From: a virus
Lineage: Duplodnaviria > Heunggongvirae > Uroviricota > Caudoviricetes
Virus record (IMG/VR): IMGVR_UViG_3300048597_000653
Span: 53,625-117,624 of that record
Length of the DNA: 64,000 nt
Reading direction: 5' to 3' (one strand)
Both the position numbers and the translations under genes were made by a program. Shown here one piece after another: positions 44,902 through 54,106 of this stretch. The notes under the pieces were generated by a model. It was not told where the DNA came from and did not search any database. It saw only the letters and a list, made by a program, of their open reading frames with translations. Position 1 is the stretch's first letter, and every line of letters begins with the position of its first letter.

Positions 44902-45927
44902 CTAAGAATCAACTTCTTGAATATGCCACTGAGCACTTTGCCAACCGTCCTGCACCGGGCCGACACCGAGTGGGCCATTCTGCATGTGAATGCATTGCTC
45001 ACGCTTCCAGAAGTTTCTTAGTCGTTTGGCCCTCGATCCCTTAACATTCTCTAAAATCCAATAAGAACTATGCCAACCTGGCAGCACTTCACTCGCCATC
45101 AGGCCACCTGTCTGTATATGAATACACTGTCGCGGTTTCCAGACGTTTCGTATCCGGTATACGTTTCCCCTTACACCGTCAACCTTTTCCAATCGCCATA
45201 AGGCGCTCAACCACCCACTCTGAATAGGCGTCGATTGGAGCGATCCATTTTCAACATTTAAGTAGCCGTCGCCTCGGCGACCATTTTGATCGGCTTCCCA
45301 CGCGTTCTTGATCCGTGATACAGGGGCATACTTGTACTCAAACACTTCGTGACCCAAACTTCTGAGATTGGCCGCGATTGCTGCCTTGTCAGTCTGGCAA
45401 TCTTGGTTTGACTGGCGAATACCCATCAGCGCAAAGCGATGCGCGTTTCTCTGAGGAAGATTGCGGACTTCATGTTTGGGGATATAGCAAATATGCAGTC
45501 TGTATTTTACATTTCCTGAATTTCCGCCAATTGGTTGGTAAGAGGTTACACCTCGCACCATAAGGCCATCTCCCAAGTTCACGATCTCTGGATGAGGCTC
45601 TTTTGCCCAAGAGCGTTCCATCACTTTCTGATAAGGAAAATCCACGCCCCAAAGGTACTGGCCTACGGTCTTTTCCCAACCTGCTGCGGTCAGTTGTGAG
45701 CCCCACCAAGAGCCTCCACCTCGCACCTTGATGACCTCAAGCGAAAAGTCATAGATTGCGAATCCTGGCTTATGAAAATAGTCTCGCCAACTGTTTTCAC
45801 CTCCTCCGCGACGGGCTTCCTCTTTATGTTCTTTAACCTCTTCGTACCACATAACTTCCACTGCCAAAAGTGTGGAATGCATGGCACAGAACAACCCCAC
45901 CGTACAAACTGCCCTTAACGCTCGCAT
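44902..45927 (-). CDS. secreted beta-trefoil (ricin-B-like QxW repeat) lectin-domain protein encoded in a low-GC insert
   Basis: GGAG 6 nt upstream of the ATG at 45927. Signal peptide MRALRAVCTVGLFCAMHSTLLA. C-terminal triplicated repeats GWLSALWRL, GWHSSYWIL and GWQSAQWHI. The ORF is open to 46065. Confidence 0.55.
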   Translation of the reverse strand: MRALRAVCTVGLFCAMHSTLLAVEVMWYEEVKEHKEEARRGGGENSWRDYFHKPGFAIYDFSLEVIKVRGGGSWWGSQLTAAGWEKTVGQYLWGVDFPYQKVMERSWAKEPHPEIVNLGDGLMVRGVTSYQPIGGNSGNVKYRLHICYIPKHEVRNLPQRNAHRFALMGIRQSNQDCQTDKAAIAANLRSLGHEVFEYKYAPVSRIKNAWEADQNGRRGDGYLNVENGSLQSTPIQSGWLSALWRLEKVDGVRGNVYRIRNVWKPRQCIHIQTGGLMASEVLPGWHSSYWILENVKGSRAKRLRNFWKREQCIHMQNGPLGVGPVQDGWQSAQWHIQEVDS

Positions 45928-46054
45928 CGCAATCTCCCATTCAATGAATGCCGACGCCAACACAACTGAATTGTCGAAGTCCAGAAAGCAAATTGCAATA
46001 CGTTTGGAAATTTCTGTTTGACATAGCCAGATATTCTCGGCATGCGATCTCAGC

Positions 46055-46915
46055 TTGGAAGGCATCGGGAAATTGGCAATGGCAGAACTCGAACGCGTTG
46101 ACGGCCAGGAGACCTACCTCATCCCTGTGGATGAGATCCTGGTCGATTCGGACTTCAACTGCCGCCGGGTCTTCACTCCGCAGTCAGTCAAAGAGCTAGC
46201 CGATTCGATCGAGTCAGCCGGGCAGCTTTTCTTCCCGATCACCGTCCAACCGATCGAAGACGCTGGCATCACTTCGCCGGGATACCGCTGGCGACTGATC
46301 GCTGGTCATCGGCGATACACGGCCGTCACGACGTTCCTGAAATGGGGCAAGATCAATGCGACGATTCGACGGGGCCTCAGTTCGCACGAGGCCCAGCTAC
46401 TCAACCTGACCGAGAACCTGGAGCGGTCGCAACTTAATCCGTTGGAGGAAGCCCTCTCGATCGAGCGGGTGTTTCCAAAGAACACCCCAGCGCGAGTCAT
46501 CGGCAAGTTGCTCAACCGCAACAGTGGCTGGGTCAAGCAGCGGCTGAATATTCTTGGTCTGCCGGCTGTGCTGAAGGAACGGGTTGCAGCAGGGCGGCTC
46601 AGCCTCGGCGACGTCGATCAGATTGTGCAGGCCCCGGACGAGAACCGTCAGATCAAGCTCGCGGACGACTTGGAGAAAGCCAAGTGTGGCCCCACACGAC
46701 GTCGGGTGCGGTTCATCGGTGACACCCACGTTCGCGGGCTAGCCAGACGCCGCACGAACACCGAGGTCAACGCGATGATCTCCACCATGCTTAGCCTCGG
46801 CGTCACTGGACTGGCGCCCAAGTTTGGTGCTTGGTGCGTGGGGTACATCACCGAACAGGAACTCGAAGCAGAGATATTCAAGGAAATCGGCAACCAACGG
46901 GCTCGCCGATTGTAA
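46055..46915 (+). CDS. second ParB-like nuclease-domain protein
   Basis: PVDEILVDSDFNCRR and LIAGHRRYTAV ParB N-terminal motifs. 286 aa. Confidence 0.65.
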   Translation: MEGIGKLAMAELERVDGQETYLIPVDEILVDSDFNCRRVFTPQSVKELADSIESAGQLFFPITVQPIEDAGITSPGYRWRLIAGHRRYTAVTTFLKWGKINATIRRGLSSHEAQLLNLTENLERSQLNPLEEALSIERVFPKNTPARVIGKLLNRNSGWVKQRLNILGLPAVLKERVAAGRLSLGDVDQIVQAPDENRQIKLADDLEKAKCGPTRRRVRFIGDTHVRGLARRRTNTEVNAMISTMLSLGVTGLAPKFGAWCVGYITEQELEAEIFKEIGNQRARRL

Positions 46916-46922
46916 AGAAAGG

Positions 46923-47324
46923 GTGACCACTAAACTCTCCTCCCAACGCCGAAACAGTGAAATCCAGGCCCTTCTCTCGAAGCCTGGAATTCAGCTTGAG
47001 AAACAGCCCAACAGCACCCATCTGCTGATCGAAACCACGCAGGCCGTGTACGAGTTGAAAACGTACTGGCCAGAGAAGCGGTTGGTTTCGATTGTCGAAT
47101 CCTCCGACCCGCGCGTGCTCGCCGGATCGATTGCCGAATTGATGGGGTCCGCGTATGGCGCACCTGAAGACATCTTCATTCCAGGTTGGATCGGTGAAGG
47201 GTTGAGAATGCATTTCCGCTTCAAGAACGGAATCCATCCAACCCATCCTGTCACGTCAGCCTCTATCTCTGGCAACGGCTGGCGTTTGGATGTCATCAAT
47301 CCACAACCTCACGATGGTGCGTGA
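46923..47324 (+). CDS. hypothetical protein with a non-ATG (GTG) start
   Basis: Protein-like ORF open from 46824, with no ATG after the ParB stop. A GTG at 46923 is the first plausible start. Confidence 0.35.
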   Translation: MTTKLSSQRRNSEIQALLSKPGIQLEKQPNSTHLLIETTQAVYELKTYWPEKRLVSIVESSDPRVLAGSIAELMGSAYGAPEDIFIPGWIGEGLRMHFRFKNGIHPTHPVTSASISGNGWRLDVINPQPHDGA

Positions 47325-47466
47325 GGGTCTCAGCGTGCCACTTGGCTGAACCCATAACCCCGATGCTGGTGACTGGGACCGGTTTCTACTAAGCCAACCG
47401 GTAATGGTATCGCAGGCTGGCGATCTGCGAGTGTCGGGACGAGGCTGAGACCCTCACTTTTCTTTT
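47321..47466. other. structured element: a 14-bp perfect inverted repeat flanks 109 nt and is followed by a T-tract
   Basis: gtgagggtctcagc at 47321-34 and gctgagaccctcac at 47444-57, then ttttctttt. Inner palindromes accggtt/aaccggt. Lies immediately upstream of the polymerase gene. Confidence 0.4.
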
Positions 47467-47468
47467 AC

Positions 47469-49973
47469 ATGTCGAACGCTAACAAGCGCCTTTACCTCGA
47501 TTCTGAGACCTGCGGGCTACATGGGATGCCGGTGCTGCTGCAATTTGCAGTGGACCAAGGCCCCATCACGCTCTACGACATCTGGCACAAGCCCGTTGGC
47601 GAGACGCTCGACTTAATTGAGTGGATGCTGGGCTTCACCGTCGTTGGCTTCAATCTGGCCTTTGACTGGTTCCATCTCGTCAAACTCTACACGATCTTCC
47701 GTCTCTGCCCGCGGGATTGGATTCCCATCGAGCACATCGACGAAATTGCTCTCAAAGAGCCGGAAGCACAAAACGGACCATGCATCAAGCCGGCCAACGC
47801 ACTTGATCTCATGTTGCACTCTCGCAAAGGTCCGTATCAGAGCCTGATGGCTCGCGAAGACATCCGCATCCGCAAAGTCCCCACCGCACTGGCCTACGGT
47901 CTGGCTGCGAAGCTGGAAGAGACTGTTGCGTTTGACGGTATCTACTTCGCTCGCACCAGCGATCCCAGCGCCCCTCGCTGGAACGTCTTTGATCGCAAGA
48001 ACCGTGACGGTGACCTCGATCCTGACTTCAAGGACGTGGTGTTGCGCTTCAACCCTTCCGGTGCATTGAAGTTCCTGGCGGAGCACGCCCTGGGCTTGAC
48101 ACCGAAGTATCTCTACACGGACGTGGAACCGCCCAAGTCGTGGTATCCCGTCGAGTATGGCTATGCGCCGACCGCGCTGGCCGTCTCTACGCTTGCAAAG
48201 CGATGGCGTGTCACTGATGACGAAGAGGAAGAAGACGAACGCGAAGGCGACCTGTATTCGGACCCGTTGACAGAACCTGAGAGCGAGGACGACGAAGAGG
48301 TTATCCAGCCAAAGAAAGCCAAGCGGACGCAAGACCGATACGCTTGGCCCGGCGTCATCAAGAAGTTCATCGAGCACTGGGGCACTCGTAAAGACGCTCG
48401 CGACTACGCGAACGACGATATCGTCTACACGCGTGCCCTTGACAAGCACTTCGGCTATCCCGAACCAGGTGACGACGACTCCGTGCTTGCCTGCATGGTT
48501 CCTGTCGTCCGATGGCGTGGCTTCAAAATCAACATCGAAGGGATCAAAGAGCTTCGAGCCAAAGCGGTCTTGACCGTTGAGAACTCACCGGTCAACACCA
48601 ACAAGCCGGCCGAGGTCCGCCGCTATATCACCGAGGCAATGGATGACCTGGACATCCTCACCTCGAAAATTGACGAAACGACCAACAAGTCCACCTTGGA
48701 GAAGATTTCACGGTGGATGGTCAAAGAGATTGAGCCGTGCCTGAAATGCGACGGTGGTGAATGCACGCGATGCAAGGGCCAAGGCCAACTCAATCCTGGC
48801 CCTCACCCGGCCGCGTTGCGAGCGAAGGAACTGCTGGACGTCAAGTTCGCCGTGGCGGAGATCAAGCTATACGACAAGCTGCTCCGCGCGGGCAAGCTCC
48901 ACGCCTCGTTCGTGGTGGTAGGCACGTTGTCCAACCGCATGGCTGGTGGCGACGGTCTCAATGCCCAAGGTATTAAGCGTGCCAAGGAAGTTCGTCGCCA
49001 GTTCCCGATGGCTTGGGACGGTTATCAACTCTGCGGCGGTGACTTCTCGTCTTACGAACTCACGCTGGTGGATGCAGTCTATCGCGATCCGAAGCTACGA
49101 GCCATTCTCACCGGTCCAAAGAAGCTGCACGGCATCATGGGAACCGTGATGTTCCCAGGGAACTCTTACGACCAGATTCTGGCGAGCGAGGGTACAGAGA
49201 ATGATATGTACACCAAAGCCAAGTCGGGCGTGTTCTTGAAAGTCTTCGGCGGTATCTGGAAGACGTTCGTCGATCGTCTCGGTATTTCCGAGGAAGACGC
49301 CCAGCGAACCGATCAGTGGTGGTCGTCGGAATTCTCTGCGATCAAAGAGCACCAGGACCGCAACCAGCAGAAATACTGCTCGATGGTCCAGCCCGGTGGA
49401 GTGGGAACCGCTGTCGTCTGGCAGGAACCGACCGACCACGTCGAGAGCTTCTTAGGCTTCCGCCGTTGGTTCCCTTTGGAAAACATGGCTGCCAAGGCGA
49501 TCTTCACGCTCGCCAGCAAGCCGCCGAAGGAATGGAAAGACTGCCACGTCAAGGTCTACCGCCGAGACCGTGTGCAAACGGCCGCGGGTGCGGTGGCCAG
49601 TGCGTTGTACGGAGCAGCGTTCTCGATCCAGGCCGCAGTCAAGCGTGCCGCGGACAATCACGAGATTCAAAGCCCTGGCGGACAGATCACCAAAGCAGTG
49701 CAGCGCAAGGTGTGGAACCTCCAGCCCTGCGGCGTGCATCCGCTCTACGTCGCGCTGATGAACGTGCATGACGAGCTTCTCTCCGTCACGCACCCCGACT
49801 ACGTCGAGCCTGTCGCTCAGACCGTGACCGAGGCCGTGGAATCGTTCCGGCCGAAGGTGCCGTTAATCGGCATGACCTGGCAGTTGCAGATGGACTCGTG
49901 GGCCGAGAAGAAGGCTGGCACACGATCGCTGAAGATTGCGCCCACACCCGAATTCCTAGCACAGGCTGCATGA
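47469..49973 (+). CDS. family A DNA polymerase with an N-terminal 3'-5' exonuclease, T7/PolI-like
   Basis: Exo I LDSETCGL and Exo II GFNLAFDWFHL. Pol motif A DFSSYEL, motif B YTKAKSGVFLKVFGG and motif C VHDELL. Confidence 0.85.
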   Translation: MSNANKRLYLDSETCGLHGMPVLLQFAVDQGPITLYDIWHKPVGETLDLIEWMLGFTVVGFNLAFDWFHLVKLYTIFRLCPRDWIPIEHIDEIALKEPEAQNGPCIKPANALDLMLHSRKGPYQSLMAREDIRIRKVPTALAYGLAAKLEETVAFDGIYFARTSDPSAPRWNVFDRKNRDGDLDPDFKDVVLRFNPSGALKFLAEHALGLTPKYLYTDVEPPKSWYPVEYGYAPTALAVSTLAKRWRVTDDEEEEDEREGDLYSDPLTEPESEDDEEVIQPKKAKRTQDRYAWPGVIKKFIEHWGTRKDARDYANDDIVYTRALDKHFGYPEPGDDDSVLACMVPVVRWRGFKINIEGIKELRAKAVLTVENSPVNTNKPAEVRRYITEAMDDLDILTSKIDETTNKSTLEKISRWMVKEIEPCLKCDGGECTRCKGQGQLNPGPHPAALRAKELLDVKFAVAEIKLYDKLLRAGKLHASFVVVGTLSNRMAGGDGLNAQGIKRAKEVRRQFPMAWDGYQLCGGDFSSYELTLVDAVYRDPKLRAILTGPKKLHGIMGTVMFPGNSYDQILASEGTENDMYTKAKSGVFLKVFGGIWKTFVDRLGISEEDAQRTDQWWSSEFSAIKEHQDRNQQKYCSMVQPGGVGTAVVWQEPTDHVESFLGFRRWFPLENMAAKAIFTLASKPPKEWKDCHVKVYRRDRVQTAAGAVASALYGAAFSIQAAVKRAADNHEIQSPGGQITKAVQRKVWNLQPCGVHPLYVALMNVHDELLSVTHPDYVEPVAQTVTEAVESFRPKVPLIGMTWQLQMDSWAEKKAGTRSLKIAPTPEFLAQAA

Positions 49974-50143
49974 TGACAACTGATTACGCCACGCTCGCCA
50001 AGCTGCCAACACCAGAGCTTCGCACGCTCGCGAAGCAACTGCGTGTCCACAATGCCAACCACGCACCTCGCCACACGCTGTTGACCGCGGTGCGTCAATT
50101 GCCACAACCGGTCCGCCCTGAACCGTTCCAGTCTTTGATCTAA
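49970..50143 (+). CDS. small protein with a Rho-N/HeH-like motif, 57 aa
   Basis: ATGA overlap with the polymerase stop. Reads DYATLAKLPTPELRTLAKQLRV. Below the length cutoff of the ORF track. Confidence 0.3.
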   Translation: MMTTDYATLAKLPTPELRTLAKQLRVHNANHAPRHTLLTAVRQLPQPVRPEPFQSLI

Positions 50144-50158
50144 GAATCTGAGCAACCA

Positions 50159-50560
50159 ATGGGACGTCTCGGCGGTAGAAAGAAGCATGGACCCGAATGG
50201 TACATCCAACGCGACCTGATCGAGTTCATGGTCGATCGCGGCTGGTACGTGAAACGGATGCACGGCAACTTGTATCAGACGGGCGTTCCCGATCTTCTGT
50301 GCCTGCATAAGAAATGGGGCACGCGATGGATCGACGTTAAGCAACCGAACAGATACACGTTCACGAAGGACCAAAGACGTGAGTGGCCGATCTGGGATGA
50401 GTTCAGAACTGGCATTTGGATTCTGACCGCGGCCACGCAAGAGCAGTACGACCTGCTCTTCCAACCGCCTAACTGGCGGAACTACTGGAAGCCCTCCTGG
50501 GGCATCGTTCCAGACATCGACGAGCTTCTCGCTCAGTTAGAGCAAGAAGACGCGGACTAA
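50159..50560 (+). CDS. VRR-NUC domain nuclease
   Basis: GVPDLLCLHK...IDVKQP matches a PD-(D/E)xK core of the VRR-NUC type. 133 aa. Confidence 0.65.
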   Translation: MGRLGGRKKHGPEWYIQRDLIEFMVDRGWYVKRMHGNLYQTGVPDLLCLHKKWGTRWIDVKQPNRYTFTKDQRREWPIWDEFRTGIWILTAATQEQYDLLFQPPNWRNYWKPSWGIVPDIDELLAQLEQEDAD

Positions 50561-50608
50561 TCCCTGCGAACTCGTCACACCTTCGACAACACCGCTCCCC
50601 GTACGCGC

Positions 50609-51106
50609 ATGCAACTCCAAATCAAACCATTCCCCTGGTCATGCCAAGCAACCGCTTGGGCAATGGCCCTCGATCTCCCAGTCGAGAGTCTTCACAAGCT
50701 GATCGGCAACGATGGCAGTGAAGTCATTTGGCCCAACCTTCGCGAACCGCGACGACGTCGCGGGATTCACGTCCAAGAATGCATCAATGCTGCCTTGCTC
50801 TTGGGTTGGTCGGCAACACCGGTGGAGTTGTTGCCTCAGATTGCTGACGTGGGGAACTACCGACGCTCCGACTACGCCGTCCTATTCGGCCGTGACTGGA
50901 AGTTCAACTGGCAGCGGTTCGTCTGGCACATCAAGAACTCGTCCGGCGTGATCGAAGGCGTCGGACGCAACTGCAACCACGCCGTCGCATTCTGCCAGGG
51001 GGTCATCTACGACCCGGACGGCGACACCTACGCGTATTCGCGACAAGCCTGCGAAGAGCGCGGCTTCTTTACTCGCTGCCTCTGGCGAGTCGAACGACGA
51101 GCATAA
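50609..51106 (+). CDS. cytoplasmic papain-like cysteine peptidase domain protein, C39-like
   Basis: SCQATAWAMAL Cys motif, then NCNHAVAF with His and YDPDGD with Asp. Confidence 0.4.
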   Translation: MQLQIKPFPWSCQATAWAMALDLPVESLHKLIGNDGSEVIWPNLREPRRRRGIHVQECINAALLLGWSATPVELLPQIADVGNYRRSDYAVLFGRDWKFNWQRFVWHIKNSSGVIEGVGRNCNHAVAFCQGVIYDPDGDTYAYSRQACEERGFFTRCLWRVERRA

Positions 51107-51109
51107 CCC

Positions 51110-51742
51110 ATGACACAAGACACTTTGCGCGGCTCTCGAAATCTGAACGACGAACTGTATCCGCGAGTCATCGCTGGAGACCAAGAAGCACGTCAGTTGA
51201 TGATTACCTCGAACTACGGTTTGGTGGTCACCAAGGCTGAAAGCTTCTTGGAGACCTTCCCGAAGTTCACGTACCTACTGGACGAGTTCATCGGCGAAGG
51301 CCTACTCGCCCTGGTCAAAGCCGTCGATTCGATGGCGGGTTCAGTCCCTGAATCCAATACACCGATCAACCCCACAGGGTACTTGGGCATTGCCATTTGC
51401 AGAGCAATTGGCAACTGCGCTGATAGCCAATCGATCGTTTCAGAAAGCGCACGGTCAAAGCGCCACAAACGTCAGAACGGCATCCCGATTGAGACGCCGG
51501 AAGTATCGGACGATCTGACGGATGCACTCACGCCGGAGATCGGCGATCCGATGGCGTTGATTGACTTGGAAGACACGATCTTCTCTTGCTGCCACTCGGA
51601 CGAAGAGCGATTTATCGTCCGCCTTCGCATGGAAGGCCTGGTCGATCGCGAGATTGGCGATCGGCTGAATCTCTCCACCACAACGGTCTTCCTTCTCCGC
51701 AAAGAAATCTACGCCAGATATCTGGCCAAGGTTCAGGACTGA
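51110..51742 (+). CDS. sigma-70-family sigma factor, region 2 plus region 4
   Basis: Region-2-like YPRVIAGDQEARQLMITSNYGLVV. Region-4 HTH DEERFIVRLRMEGLVDREIGDRLNLSTTTV. Confidence 0.6.
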   Translation: MTQDTLRGSRNLNDELYPRVIAGDQEARQLMITSNYGLVVTKAESFLETFPKFTYLLDEFIGEGLLALVKAVDSMAGSVPESNTPINPTGYLGIAICRAIGNCADSQSIVSESARSKRHKRQNGIPIETPEVSDDLTDALTPEIGDPMALIDLEDTIFSCCHSDEERFIVRLRMEGLVDREIGDRLNLSTTTVFLLRKEIYARYLAKVQD

Positions 51743-52338
51743 TGAAGAAACGCGTCTCTCGAATCCTGCTCGACATCGACGACGTCTGCAATCGCTTCAC
51801 GATGTATACGTTGAAGCATGCAGGGTGCCCCGTTGATTACACGTCGAACGAACAGTTTCCTTCCAAGTTCGGGTTCGACATCGTCGGTGCTGCCAATGAA
51901 CTGCTCAAGGCTCCGGTCTACACCGCCCGCACATTCTGGGAACGCATCCCGCGGTCGCTGTGGGCATCCGTTCCGGAGTCCGCTGAGTTCCACTGGCTGC
52001 TCAGCCGCTGCGAGCAGTTGGTTGGCCGCGAGAACGTCTGTTTCCTGACGTCGCCGACGCTCGATCCGGACTGCTTGGCAGGCAAGCTGGAATGGATTCA
52101 CGAGCACGCACCAAGCTGGATGCATCGCCAGTTCCTGGTTGGTCCGGTGAAGCAATTCTGTGCCCACCCTGAAGCTCTGCTGATCGATGACGCCGACAAG
52201 AACGTCAACAAGTTCCGCGCCTGGGGAGGCCAAGCAATCCTCGTCCCGCGGCCGTGGAACTCTCTGAATCCTCACGACACTCTTCCCTTCCTCGAAAGCG
52301 AATTCAACTCCCTGGAGACCCAATGCGCAACTTCCTGA
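51742..52338 (+). CDS. HAD-family 5'(3')-deoxyribonucleotidase, NT5C-like
   Basis: HAD motif I ILLDIDDV and a later LIDDADKN motif. ATG overlaps the sigma-gene stop. Confidence 0.55.
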   Translation: MKKRVSRILLDIDDVCNRFTMYTLKHAGCPVDYTSNEQFPSKFGFDIVGAANELLKAPVYTARTFWERIPRSLWASVPESAEFHWLLSRCEQLVGRENVCFLTSPTLDPDCLAGKLEWIHEHAPSWMHRQFLVGPVKQFCAHPEALLIDDADKNVNKFRAWGGQAILVPRPWNSLNPHDTLPFLESEFNSLETQCATS

Positions 52339-52688
52339 TCTATCTCACGCTCGCCGTCTGCGTTGTCCTGACCTTCGTGGATCAAACGCTCATCCGAGAC
52401 GCCACCACCCGTTGCGACTCGATCGAGACCAAGGTCATCGGTGCCCAGGCCCGCAACTCCGAAAACACGGCGGTAACAATCGCCTACCTCTCCACACATA
52501 TCGTCCAGCAAGACCAACGCTATCAGCAGGCCGTCGCCGCCTTCCTCCACCTGCAAAACATCTGTCGGGAGTTGGCGAAGGAGAACGCAGCCTTGCAGTT
52601 GCGCATCAACGCCATGTCGGACCAACTTGAACCGGAGCACGAGATCGAAAGCAAACCCGTGCCGGACTCGCAATTCGACGGCGCCTAA
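52323..52688 (+). CDS. membrane-anchored coiled-coil protein
   Basis: N-terminal transmembrane helix FLIYLTLAVCVVLTFV. 121 aa. Confidence 0.45.
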   Translation: MRNFLIYLTLAVCVVLTFVDQTLIRDATTRCDSIETKVIGAQARNSENTAVTIAYLSTHIVQQDQRYQQAVAAFLHLQNICRELAKENAALQLRINAMSDQLEPEHEIESKPVPDSQFDGA

Positions 52689-52712
52689 TCCACCGGAACA
52701 CGGAGAACACCC

Positions 52713-53831
52713 TTGAGCACGAGCACCAAACTTCCTAGTCGCGAGTTTCTGCAACTGGCCCATCCTTTCAAGCCAGACAAGCAGAAGATCGCCGGTTGGT
52801 ACATCTCGGAGAAGCTTGACGGGCAGAGATGTTTTTGGGACGGCGGCGTCACCCGAGGCCTGCCCACCGACACCGTTCCCTGGGCAGGTGTCACCGATCC
52901 GAAGACCAAGGAACGAAAGGCTAAGGTCAAGCCGATCGCTACGGGACTCTGGTCCCGCTACGGCAATCCGATCATCGCACCGGACTGGTTCCTGAATGCA
53001 CTGCCAGCTTGTCCGCTCGATGGTGAGCTTTGGGCCGGTCGAGGGAAGTTCCAGTTGACCGTCTCGATCTGCGGCGGCGACAACCCCGATCCGCGGTTCA
53101 ACAAGATCAGCTACGCGGTTTACTCATCGCCGCCGTTGGCCAGCATCTTCGCCACGGGCGAGATCAAGAACTCCAATATGGTCCGCGAAGTCGATCGGCT
53201 GCTGATCGAATCGTGGCTCCACGATCGGCTCGGAGAGTTCGATGGCGACTTCCGCTCCGTCCCTGCGAACGCCACGTTCGACGACGAACTGATGTTCTTG
53301 CGAGGTGCGATCGACACGCAGAACGACCATGTCTTCCTGCACCGGCAAGTCCGCCTCTCGATCAATGAGGCGGAGGCGCGCGAGCAGGCCGACCGCTTCC
53401 TGAACGAGGTGCTCGACCAAGGTGGGGAAGGTGGGATGCTCCGCAACCCTGCCGCTGTTTGGACGCCCAAGCGGCACAACGGAATTCTCAAGTGGAAGCC
53501 GTTCGATGACGCCGAAGGGACGATCGTTGGCTTCACCTCCGGTCGCGAGACCGCCAAAGGCTCGCGACTTCGCGGGAAGATCGGTGCCTTGATCCTGGAC
53601 TACCAGGGCAAGCGGCTCGAACTGGCCGGCTTGACCGATGACGAGCGCGAGTTCTACGCCACCGCTGATATGGACCACGCCCGTGAGCATCCCGGCGAAG
53701 AAATGCCGTCCGGCGTTAAGCGGACAAAGCACTTCAAGGTTGGGCAGACCGTGACATTCAAATTCCGCGAGTTGACCGACGACGGCATCCCGAAGGAAGC
53801 CAGGTACTGGCGGAAGCGAGGTGTGGAATGA
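52713..53831 (+). CDS. ATP-dependent DNA ligase
   Basis: Motif I SEKLDGQR (KxDG), motif III LDGELW, motif IV EGGMLRN and motif V ILKWKP. Confidence 0.8.
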   Translation: MSTSTKLPSREFLQLAHPFKPDKQKIAGWYISEKLDGQRCFWDGGVTRGLPTDTVPWAGVTDPKTKERKAKVKPIATGLWSRYGNPIIAPDWFLNALPACPLDGELWAGRGKFQLTVSICGGDNPDPRFNKISYAVYSSPPLASIFATGEIKNSNMVREVDRLLIESWLHDRLGEFDGDFRSVPANATFDDELMFLRGAIDTQNDHVFLHRQVRLSINEAEAREQADRFLNEVLDQGGEGGMLRNPAAVWTPKRHNGILKWKPFDDAEGTIVGFTSGRETAKGSRLRGKIGALILDYQGKRLELAGLTDDEREFYATADMDHAREHPGEEMPSGVKRTKHFKVGQTVTFKFRELTDDGIPKEARYWRKRGVE

Positions 53832-53977
53832 GCAACCTTGAAACGGTGCTCTGGATGCTGCTAATCGCTTTTCTAGCAGCCGCACTCCAAGTTTCTCTCT
53901 TGACTAGCCATCCACTCATTGGGCTTGTGTTTCTGGGCAGCCTCGCCGCTTTAGCGATCAAGTTCGGAAATGCATAG
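53828..53977 (+). CDS. small two-helix membrane protein, 49 aa; below the ORF-track cutoff
   Basis: ATGA overlap with the ligase stop. Almost entirely hydrophobic, LWMLLIAFLAAAL...LIGLVFLGSLAALAI. Confidence 0.3.
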   Translation: MSNLETVLWMLLIAFLAAALQVSLLTSHPLIGLVFLGSLAALAIKFGNA

Positions 53978-54106
53978 GGATCGCAAGTCGGACTGACAGT
54001 TTCTAACCGCAACGAGAACAAGCGAGGAGTGTCCGTCACTGGACTCTTACACCGGTGGGCGATGACCCCATCTCACACACCTGGACAATCAACCTTGACC
54101 ACAACA

